Position numbers and translations under genes: made by a program. Positions 39,101 to 51,100 of a stretch of 64,000 nt of DNA are shown in pieces. How positions within the stretch are numbered: the first letter of the stretch is position 1; the number at the start of each line of letters is the position of its first letter. The notes beneath the pieces were generated by a model. The model did no database searches. It was not told where the DNA came from and saw only the letters and a program-made list of their open reading frames with translations. The stretch is from Balanoglossus misakiensis (Eukaryota > Animalia > Hemichordata): NCBI GenBank assembly GCA_040954595.2, contig CM082596.2:3589025-3653024 (forward strand). Direction: 5' to 3'.

Positions 39101-42100
39101 TTGCAAGTTTGTTGGTTGACTCGGTTTGTCTGGAAATGAATCAACATATTACCTTATATCAGTCTGGATATCGAACTTTAAAGACAGGTTTTGTCATATT
39201 GTTCTGACATTCATTAATTTTTTTTAGTTCACCATACAACTTTCAAAACTCACTGTCCCAGTACACAACGCAAAACAATTAATAGTGTTCATGAATGTGG
39301 CCTATTGACTTACCAAGTACAATGACAGTGACATTGACGGTATCAGTTCCCAAGTCATTAGACACAGTCAGAGTGTAGGTAGCCTTATCGCTTCTCTTAC
39401 ACTTGTTGATGGTCAGTACAGTCTTTCCCCTGGTTGCTTTGGTAGTGTCAACTTTAATGCGATCATCGGTGTCAAGTTTGTTGTCATCTTTGGTCCATTC
39501 AGCATCAGGAGCTGGTGCTCCAGTGAAAGTGGCTTCCACTGTGATTTTGGTTCCTGCCTTGACCGTGATCTCTGTGTATTGTGGTTCAATTGTGATTTTA
39601 GGTTCATCTGGAAATAAACAGAATATAGGGGAATGTGTTACTATTCATATGATGTTCCAAGTGGAAAATCTCTTTCAGTTATCTAAAATAGCTTTTTTTG
39701 ATTGTAAGAAGTAAAACAATTTTCCATCAAACTTACCTTCCACAATGAGGTCAGCACGACTGACTTCATTAGCAACAACAAATGAATACTCTGCATCATC
39801 TTCAAAGACCACGCCCTTGACAACCAGTTTATGAGTCTTGCCATCCTTGATGATTTCATACTTATCGCTAGGTTTGATGACTTCAGTGTTCTTCATCCAT
39901 TTCACTTCGACTCTCTCTTTGTTGATTACACAGGTGAATGTGACAGTGTCATCCGGACTGGCAATCACTTCCTTCAGACCTTCAAGGATTTCAACAGGTT
40001 TTTCTGCATCCAAGAAGAAAACATTGATGAGAAATCAGCAGAGATATGTAAGTACAGAAATAATACTACGTGTTTTCTCTATTTCCATTTCTTAGAGATA
40101 AATGCCTAATGTCTCCTATGAACATTTCTTATAAATAAATTCCAAATGTCTCGAATGCAATTTTGTACATTGCATGTACCTGAGGCAATGAAGGTGGTCA
40201 ACTTTGGCCAATTGCTTGATGGGTTCATTTTGTTGCTCTCAAATAAATTCCCAATGTCTCGAATGCAATTTTGTACATTACATGTACCTGAGGCAACGAA
40301 GGTGGTCAACTTTGGCCAATTGCTTGATGGGTTCATTTTGTTGCTCTCAGTTCGGCTGTTGAGAGCACATAACAATGGGAGGGGGAGTATCAGCCAAACT
40401 TACCATTGACAATGAGGTTGGCAGTGCTAGTGTATTCCCCAACCACACATGTATACTTGGCATCGTCCTCTAGCTCAATATACTTGACAGTCAATGTATG
40501 CTGCAAACCGTCATGTTCCATCTTGTACTTGTCACCGTCTGTGATTTCTTCACCATTTTTCAACCATTTGACATTGAGGGTGACCTTGTCCAGAGTGCAC
40601 TCAAACTTGGCTGACTCTTCTTCTTCCATTGTGGTCACATCTTTCAGAGGTTCTGTGAACTCTGGTGCAGCTTCTGTTTGGACAAATGTTAACAGAAAAG
40701 GGGTCATTTATTGGAAAAGACATACCGGGTACATGGATGCACATAGACAAAAATATATATACCCATTCTTTACTACCATGCATAGACACAGTTATGAAAT
40801 GTTATGTTTTCATCCTCTAAACATTCTGAATAACTGAATAAATATTTTTGGTGTGAGAATTTTAGTACATGTATTGTACAAAGCCGAAAAGTGTAAATAA
40901 CAAAACAAACCTTGTACAGTTAGTTCAGCTGACGACTTGTGGTCTTTGGTAACACAGGTATAGTCAGCTTCATTATCAAAGTTGACATCATGGATGAGGA
41001 GTCTTCTAACTTTGCCTTCAGAGACATATTCATACTTGTCGCTTGGTTGGATTTCTTCACCGTCTTTCTGCCATGTGACGTCTGCATCTTCTGAGATTTC
41101 ACACTCAAAGGCAGCAGTCTGTCTTTCAATGACTTCCACTGGTTTCACAGGCTCTACAAACTCAACTGGAGGAGCTGTGGAAGAATCAAATTACACGTAT
41201 ATCAGATAAAATCAGTGGAGAGTAGAGTGCAGCCAAAACTACACCAAAGTTTGCTGTCCTGGTGGTGACCCCCTCTCTACCTTGATGACTAGTAATTGTT
41301 GTTCTTTTGTGTTAGTGGATCAGTAATTGTTATCTCTTTGTATCAATGTATCACCTATTCTTATGTCTTATTGGTGACTTTTGTTTGAGTTCATTTGAAT
41401 AACAAAGGTATAGCTGAGCAATAGCATAGGAAGAGTAAACAGTGTGGTCTGAGCATGCAGGAATCTCCATGGTCGGTGTAGGAACTTTAGAAACCATGTC
41501 AAGGCCTGCTTAGATTCTCATACAGGGATTGAAGATCTCTAACTTTATGAAAATGACAAGGGCTGGTAAGACAGAAGAACTTCATGTACATGTTCTTTGA
41601 TTGAGTGCTACAGATACAGTTTCTGAACATTTTGGGCAGTGCTCGATCAATTATCACAAGAACAATTACCATGGAAATACTTACGTTCAACAAAGAGACC
41701 ACCAGTTGTCTTCTCTTTGCCTAAGATACAAGTATAGTCTCCTTCATCATCTGGAGTCACAGCGTGAATCAAAAGTGATCGCAGCTTGCCATCTGCCTTC
41801 GTCTCAAACCGGATGTTAGGTTCAAGATCCTTTCCATCTTTCTGCCAAGTCACTTGAGCCTTTGGATGAGATACTTCAACTTCCAGTGTTGCTGTTTGTC
41901 TTTCGATCACATCAACATCTTTGAGTTCCTTGATGAATTTGGTTGCTGTTTACAGATACAGATGATTACAAAACTTGAGTTTCATTAAAATATTTTGGTG
42001 GTTGATTTCAAAGTTCATGTTTGTGTATGAAGCAAATGACAGTACTAATCTGTGTTTACCTCCAATATGAAGTAAAGGTGGGATCTGTAAAATACTTGAG

Positions 42101-45100
42101 TCAATTCAACTTGACTGTACTCATCAGGAAATTGAAATATAGAGAATGAAAAGAAACTCACGTTCAACAAAGATATTGGCAGTTGTTTTCTCATCACCAA
42201 CAACACAAGTATACTCAGCATCATCATCCAGCCTGGTATCCATGACAACCAGGACTCGTTTCTTTCCGTCCACCACAAAGGTGTACTTGGGTCCTTCTTC
42301 GATTGGCTGGCCATCTTTCAACCAGGTCACAGTGGCTTGAGTGTGCGACACTTCACATTCAAGGGTTGCAGGTTCAAATTCAATGGCATCAATGTCCTTG
42401 AGTTCCACTGTGAATGTGGTCACTGAAAGTAAATACAGGAACCATATTATTATAGTGAGAAAACAAAGTAAAAAACAACAACAACAGCCATGATATAATC
42501 AGAATGATTTTCATAATGCATTGCTATGATGCACTTACAAATACATCACATGCAAACTTCCAGACCTGATCAAAACAGATAATTACCTTGCACAAAGACT
42601 GAAGACGTGGTCTTTTCATCACCCATCACACAAGTATATTCCACATCATCATCAGAATCAACATCATTGATCACAAGACCCCGTTTCTTTCCATCCACAA
42701 CAAATGTGTACTTGGGTCCTTCTTCGATCGGTTTGCCATCCTTGAGCCATGTGACTTTCCCATCAACATGAGAAACCTCACATTCCAAAGCTGCCTTCTC
42801 GAATTCAACAGCATCCACATCCTTCAGTGGACCAGAGAATTTAGTAGCTGGGGATGGGATGAAACAATTTACATTAGAGTTACATACAAGCTTATCCAGC
42901 ATATTCTCACAAGGCTTAGAGTTTTCCGGTTTAATTCGGCCGCTTTTCTGAAACTCTAGCATAAATATAAGGTTTTCTTCAGTCAATACAAGACGTTCTT
43001 ATGTGTTATGAGGATTGTTTGCTTCTTCAAAAGTCAACAAGTAACAAATTGAAACAATCTGTCATTCCTAAAATAACATTATAAAATGTAAAGAGAACAC
43101 AACAGCCCAACAGTCAAAAGAGAGAACAAGTGAAGAAATCCAAGTTGTTCCCTAATTAAATCCAGCTTGAATGTGGATCCACCATGAGCAAAATCAACAC
43201 ATCCTGGGTATTCGAATGAGACTCACTTTCCACTAAAACAGAAGCCACAGTTTTCTGCTTTCCAAAGACGCAGGTGTATTCTGCTTCATCAGCCAAGCTG
43301 ATATTGTGGATGACAAGCTTTCGTGTTTTGTCATCCTCTATGAAGTCATACTTTTCGCTTCTTTGTATTTCTTTGCTGTCTTTGAACCAGACAACGTGTG
43401 CTCGGCTATGAGACACCTCACATTCTAAGGTAACAGATTCAAATTCTGTGGTGTCTTTGTCCCCGAGATCAGAGGTGAATGTAATGGCTGTATTTTCGGT
43501 GATGAAAGTAGATGGTGATGAAAGTAGATGTTTAGCAGTGAAAAAGAATAAAGAGATAACGAAAGCGTTAGAAAATTAAAATATATAGCTCTTAAAAAAG
43601 TTAACATAATCCAGTTTACTTTGAGAGATAAGCTATAGAAATTATAGCAAGCACATATGCTGAAGCAAATATGAATTTAATACTAGTATCTAGAGATAAG
43701 CTAGAAATGAAAGACATTACTCTTTCAGAGGCAAACTTTGAGCATGCAAGTTGGTGTTTTTCTTGAGTAATATTTTCGTTACAGTGCAGCAAGCATTATT
43801 CATGAAATTTGATAATAGATGTAATAACGATAAAATTATGCGGATTTTATAGTGCAAAATAAAACAAAAACACAAGATAAATTTACATGGAATGGAATTG
43901 AGAATATTAAGAATTGGTCAGAAATTGGTCAGTGTGTTTGTACTAGGTTTATTATCACCGATTAAACGAATAATGGTGTTCTTTTCCCTTTGCATTTCCA
44001 GGTGGACAACTTCCTTTCATGTGAGCTGAGCACATTGTGACACTGCACAGAACATCTTCATGTTAGTTGCAAACAATTTTGTTTTGCACACCTTCAACAA
44101 AAATGCCAGCGGATGTCTTCTCATTGCCTATGACACAGGTATATTCAGCATCATCATCGGGTGTGACATCATGGACAGTCAGGACACGCTTCTTCCCAGA
44201 GACAGTGAATGTATACTTGGGACTCTCCTCTATGGGTTTGCCGTCCTTCAGCCATGTGACTTCACCAAACTCGTGGGAAACTTCGCACTCCAGTGTTGCA
44301 GACTCAAACTCGGTTGCGTCGGCATCTTTCAACTTGGACGTGAAATTGGTAGCTGCCAGAGGGGAAAGGCCAAGGATTTGTTGGTGTGTTTCATCAGTGG
44401 TTGGGTTAAGTGTTAGCAGGAATATCCACGCATAAGTACACCGTAGCGGAGTAAGAGGACACCCAAACATGAGGACACCCAAACAAGAGGACATCGGGCA
44501 ACAAATAACGGAGAAAGGTGAGATCATATACCATGTTAAATTGAGACAACAAAAAAGGACCAATCATGATGTCCATGTTAGAACATCCGGGAAAACAAAA
44601 TTTACCGTACAATAAAAAAGCAGAAATACCCATGAAGATACCAACATAAAGACCACATAAAAGTACAAAGCTACATTCTTTTTAAATGCCAGCCTTAATA
44701 GTTTCACATCATATCTGCCTGTCAAGTATGTTCAAGATGTTTAGACAGCAACTGGAACAATTTGTTTGAAGTTAGTCCAATGGTAGTGTTCAAACCATTC
44801 CTAATTGGTTTTCATCACAAACCTTGTACAGTAAGGATTGTAGATCTTTTCTCATTGCCCATTACACAGGTGTATTCACCATCATCGTCTGAGTCTAATT
44901 CAGTCATAATCAGCCGTCTAGTTAGACCATCTGACTCAATTATGTGTTTGGGGCTAGGTTTTATCTCTCTACCATTGCGTAGCCATGTAACATCTCCTTG
45001 TTCATGTGACACTTTGCATTCAAGGGTCACATACTCAAACTCAATGGCATCTGTGCTCTTCAAGGGTGTCATGAATATAGTGGCTGGACAGGAAGAGGGG

Positions 45101-48100
45101 GAGGAGGAGGAGGAAAAGACATCCAGTGAGCTTTTGTGATACTGTGTCAGTGATGTGAGGGGAAAGTAGTAGTACTAGTACCACTCAAGTCACATCATCC
45201 AGTGTAAAATGTCAGTTGATATTGATCAGTATCAAGGAATACAACCATCAGGATTGGCCTACTGGCCAACTGGTATCACACAACAGGATTAGTTGAGAAG
45301 ACAACTTCAACACAACTGGAATGTGTACATGTCTGAGCAACACCAAGTCAACATGCATGTCATGGTTACTGGTATTACAGTGGTCCAGGAAAAAAGATTG
45401 TCAACCCCACAAAAAAGATGTTATTGGATGAGGTACAAAAAATGAACGGATCACACATTTCTGTGTGTATCTCCACTGTTTTTCTGGTTGGAGAGATCTC
45501 AGTTGGAAAAGGAAAACACAACACTTGGGCAACACACAGATGTTAGCAGTAAGCTGCACCACATATCCAACCAAACAAGCAACCAACCTTCAACAGAGAC
45601 ACCTGCTGCAGATTTGTGATCGCCCACAACACAAGTATACTCTGCGTCATCATCTGGGTGAGCATCATTGATGACCAGTGTGCGTGTACATCCATCAGTG
45701 GTGATTATGTACTTGGGTCCCTCTTCGATGGGTTTACCATCCCTCAACCATGTGACATTAGCTCTGGCATTTGTTACCTCACACTCGAGCTTTGTGGTCT
45801 CAAATTCAGCAACGTCAACGTCTTTCAGTTCAGAGCTGAATTTAGTTGCTACAGAGATGTAGAATGATTTGACTTGTGTCAATTCAGTGTTTGGGTATCA
45901 GTTTAGATTGTTCCCTTTCTCATAACTGTTACAAAACCGATTTTGAATTTTCAAAATGTAATGGTTCCTTAGATTAAAACTCTTAAGAGTTTTTTTAAAG
46001 ATGTCAAACCTGTATGCATTCCTGCATATGAGTATGACTCCCTGAATACAGTGTGCACTGACCAAAAATTAATTCAGTATGATTGCACATGTACATGCAT
46101 CAAACTTTCACTTACTTTCTACAAGTAATTCACATGAGCTGGTGATTTTGCCCATTTTGCATGTGTATTCTGCTTCATCATCTGGGTTGGTGTCCAGGAC
46201 AGTGAGAGTCCTCTTGGTGCCATCGACGGTGAACTTGACCCTTGGACCTTCCTCCAATTCTTTGCCATCCTTGAACCATGTGACGGTGGCCTGGTCATTG
46301 CTGACTTCACATTCCAGTGAGACAGTCTCAAATTCGCTGCACTCAACATCTTTCGGTTTGACAGTGAATGTAGTCACTGGAGACAAAGAGACCAGCAGAA
46401 CCTCAGTGCACTCATCTCACACCAAAGATTAAACCAAGATAGGGTTATCCTCTGTGGTGAAGGGTCTGCATGCAGAGGGACTTTAGCAAAGAGGAAGGGA
46501 GGTTTTGCATCTATTACATGCAAAGGGGAGAAAAGAAGACCAGAGTTTCCTGGTAGTAATAACACAGGAATTCATTTGTAAGTCTTTAGTCCATTGTAGA
46601 GATGGCCAGTTACTAGTTACAGTCCACACCTTTGTTAGTGACAGTCTGACCAACTACACAGAGATAAACCAGCAAAGGCTACCAAAGCTAAAGAGCAAGA
46701 GACCATTCATTGTTTTATTTGGATAGAGGGAGTTGGAGCAGGACCTTCTGTTAATCCGGTTTTCATGCAACAGCATTCAGACGATGGATTCTGCACAAAC
46801 CTTCAATGTTGAGATTGGATGTGGATTTTGTTTCCCCGACAACGCAAGTGTATTCTGCCTCGTCTTCAGGGATGGTTTCCAGAATGGTGAGAGTCCTCTT
46901 CTTGCCATCAACTCCGAATTTGGCCTTTGGTGACTCGGCCAGCTCGATTCCGTTCTTGAACCACTTGACAGGTGCCTTTTCATTTGAGATCTCGCACTCA
47001 AATGTGGCCACTTTGTCAAATTCAGTGATGTTGACATCCGTCAGAGGCTTCAAGAATTTGGTGGCTATGGTTGTGGAAATGACAAGCAGGGTCAATGCCC
47101 ACACTCCTCACAAGTTTACAGCTCAGTAACTTTCTAATGAACTTTTGAGATGGTTTGGTGCTTTCATCCAAAATTCACAACAGTGACCCCGATCTTTCAA
47201 ACCATGTGAAGACAAAGTTTATGTGGTTGATTTTTGCCAGCTGTATTATTGGTATATCAAGAAAGAAATCATGCAGACATTCATATTCATATCTAGTGAG
47301 TACCGAAGACTGACTTACATTCAACAAACAATTCAGCTGTTGTCGTCACATCTGCAGCCTTGAAAGTGTAGACCCCTTCATCATCAATGGTTACGTTAGA
47401 CACAGTCAACTTGTGTTGTGTATCTTCTTGAGTGATGTGATATTTGTCACTCTCCACCAATGGTTCATCATCTTTCAGCCAGGACACTTCATCACTTGGT
47501 CTTGTCAGTTCGCATTCAAAAGATACAGTGTCTGTGAATTCTTCCACTTCCTTGTCTTGGATTGGTTTGGCAATTTCGATTTTAGCTGTAGATCAACAGT
47601 AACATTGCAAGTTACAGCTATGACAACAGTTCTGAAAAGATCATCAAAAGTCAATACTATTGTCCTATAGGATTACAATACCGAGCAGCAAGATGCAAAA
47701 AGAGTGATTTCCTTATAGCCCTGTGAAGAAAGTGCTGGGATGAAGCAGTGCCTATAGGTGTACAGAGGTGCAAGTTGTGTCTGCCTGTAGACCGATCCAT
47801 ATTGGCCACAGAAGGATAGTCCATGGTATGTAGGTACAGACAACAGGGACGTTCAGGAGTGGTGGGAGCCACGTGTGTTTATTAGCAAGTTGGTGGATAC
47901 AAGTTAGCAATGAGGCCAAGCAAGTATAAATGACTGGTTATGAGATGGATATGAATGACCAATTTTGACATATGCATTGGATATGCATGATTGTACACTT
48001 ATTGAGTGTAGCAAAAATCCATCAAGAGCATGCCACATGACTGTACTGGAAATGCATTAACAGAACATGAAGCAGTGAGTGCATGCATCTATCAACTGTG

Positions 48101-51100
48101 CATTGTGAATGGGGCTAATTTTTATGTACAAAGACGCATACTTCTTAGAAACCTATTTTGATCATCTAATAGTTACCATCATGTGACAGGCATAAAAATG
48201 TAAACACATTATGACATGCTATTGTGACTTAATTTAATATGTGAAATCATTTGTAATGTACATACATGTACATGGTGTATTTCAAACAAAAAGGATCAAC
48301 ATACATGCAAGCTGATATATCATGAAATGTGAATATATGCCATAGTTGATTTTTAACAAAAGATGGAAAATAATAATAATACATTATTGATAAATGTTTA
48401 ATTGAAATGGAAATTATATTGAATGAGTTTGTTACTGTGTGTGTTGTTATCTCTACCTTCAGTGTATTCAATGGGTTGTTGAAGACTGGCCACTGCCGTT
48501 GCAATGACGGGTTCTGGTATGACCTCCTCAACAGCTTCTGGGAGAGAAAGGGTTAGTTCAAAAGATTGAGTTGTAATAAAAACAAACAAAAACAAACATG
48601 ATGATCATCAACTTTTAATACTTTAAAATATACTTCAAGTGTTTATAGGTTTTCTCTATCAATCTTCTACATTCCAATGTCTTTTTTTTACTGATAACCT
48701 ACCTTCAACAAATACTTCTGCCATTGTCTCGATTTTGCCAATTTTAGCTGTGTATTTGGCTTCATCGTCCAGTTTAGTGTCTCTGATTGTCAGGCTGTGT
48801 CTGCGACCGTCCGTTTTCACCTCAAAGTGCATGTCATACTTTGAGATTGGCTTGTCATCCTTGAACCACTTGACTTCCACGCCAGGTTTGGTAACCTCAC
48901 AGCTCAGCACTGTGGTGTCTTTTTCTGTTGTTTCTGTGTCCTTCAGTGGTGTGGAAAACTTGGGTGCTTCTGTTGGGGGAAGAAGGCCATCAAATTTGTC
49001 ACACAAAAAGTATATGCAATTCACTTTTGATCAGTTTACAAACTAGTAAAAACTGCATACTTACCTATTTATCTAAACCATCAAATGAATGAAAACAAAA
49101 TGTCAATAATGTATGGGTACACTGACATCGTGAATTCTATAATGACCATGCTGTGCAATCTGACTACAGTGTCGCTGGTAAAGATTCAGAGAGTATTACC
49201 TGAAAATCCTGTATTAATTAATGTATTTGTATATGTCAATGTCATTTAGAATGTACTTAAATGAATAGACAAAGTTTTCCATGTTTATTGACAAGATCAT
49301 GTTTCGTTGTAAGGTGCTACTTTCAGCTGCTGTGTCTGGAATCCTGCTTCTGAGTATGTAGAATCCACTGCTTATTGTGTATCATCATTCTTCTTCAAGT
49401 TTACAGTGATGAAATTACAGTAGGCATTCAACAGTATGCAGTGGTGGTGTTCTGTTTTTATGAGTGAGTAAGTTCCCTGTGTAACCTTAGCAACACTGAC
49501 GGAAACTTACTTGGTATTACCATGGATGTATGAAGATATTACATTTGATATTCACAGGTACATGTAGTTTATGTTAACAGGCTGAGTAAATGCCTGACAT
49601 ACAACGTACATGATTGTATTGAGATAGTGCTCATTTTGCCAGTTGTTGTGTACATACACAGTGCTTGATTTTATCTTTGATCATTTCACTGTGATTATTT
49701 GGAGATGACGATGACAGTGCTGTGTTTGTTCATAAACATTATGGTGAGGTGAAGGAAGTTCATTTGTAACTTCTGATTACCAGCAATGGTCTCCAGAACT
49801 TCAAACTTTCTTGATGCTCTCGCAGGACGTCCATTCACACGACACATGTAATGTTCGATGTCATCATACAGGGCATCTTTGATGCGCAAACAGATTTTGT
49901 CATCTTTCTTGATGACTTCATATTTATCTGAATCAGACATGTCTATGGGTGAACCACTTTTATCCAGTGTCAAGTTGTCAACATCGCCCCATGGTGCATC
50001 TGTCTCCAAGACTAAAGTGTTCGTTCTGACCGGAGATTCAAGTCCTTGATCTTCATCAAATCCATCAACACCAGCTCTATATCTTCCAATGTCATCTTGT
50101 TCAACATCTTTTATAATCAAAGAGATTCTACCATCCTTGTCGACTAGTTCATACTTATCAGAATCAGATAAATCCATTTCATTATCGTCTTTCTTCAAGG
50201 TGAAACTGTCAATGTCTTCCCAAGATGTGGCAGTGTCCAGGACAATGGTGCTACTTTCTCTAGGAAAATCGGGGAACTTGGTTTTGTGAACATCCATCAT
50301 CTGATTTGCTTCCTCTGCAGTTTCTATTGTTTCTTCTAGATGCAAGAAATTATGATTCCATATTTAAAATAAGTTGCTGGTATAATTTCAAAAGTTGTGC
50401 AAGAAAATTGACGGTGCATATTTTTCTGTTTTTATCATAGGTCTACCGTACTTCTGGTTATATCATAATGTTGTGGAAGTGTACAATTACATGCTGTGTG
50501 CATGTTGTTTCGTTATTACAAAGTGATGGAAAGAAAGCTGTGTTTATCTCATTACCAGGAATTGTTTCCAGTATCTCAACTCTTCTTGAAACTCCTGCAG
50601 GGCGTCCTCCCACACTACACAAATACTGATCAATTTCATCCACAACCACATCTTTGATGAGAAGACACACTTTGCCATCTTTGTTGACAACTTCAAATTT
50701 CTCTGAATCAAAGATGTCAACCTGAACGCCGTCTTTTTCCAAGATGAAGCTGTCAACATCATCCCATGATGCATCAGTGTCCAAAACTATCACATTCTTT
50801 TCCTCTGTTGCCATGACAATGTCAGCTCCCTCTGGAACAGTTAACTTTTCTTCTTTTTCAGTAACCAGTACTATATCTTCTAAATTTTAAAATGTAAAAT
50901 TTGACAATTGTACTTAACATAACCGCTTGAAATCAATTTGTAAGAAAAGCTTATCAAACTATGTTCTTTGTGCTGCGGTATATTCTGCTTTAACTTAGTG
51001 CAATGTTGAAAATGTATTGTGAACATATGGCATGACTGATTCAGTATCAAAAGTAATACCTTTTTTAGGTAACATAGCACTGGAACGCTGGTCAATGAAT

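Noticed and set aside
1-39129. Regularly spaced near-identical motifs (ttgccaacaccagccttgttctcagc; cttaccatatggtgg) resembling a CRISPR or satellite array
   Set aside because: They encode AENKAGVGK and PPY plus the splice donor of each FN3 exon; spacing is exon plus intron in a eukaryotic gene
1-39129. Dscam-style mutually exclusive exon cluster
   Set aside because: Exons are whole domains that concatenate in frame with proper linkers; no shared docking/selector sequence seen
44455-44493. Short 16-bp tandem repeat gaggacacccaaaca (also a 16-bp duplication at 43498-43530)
   Set aside because: Ordinary slippage-type intronic repeats
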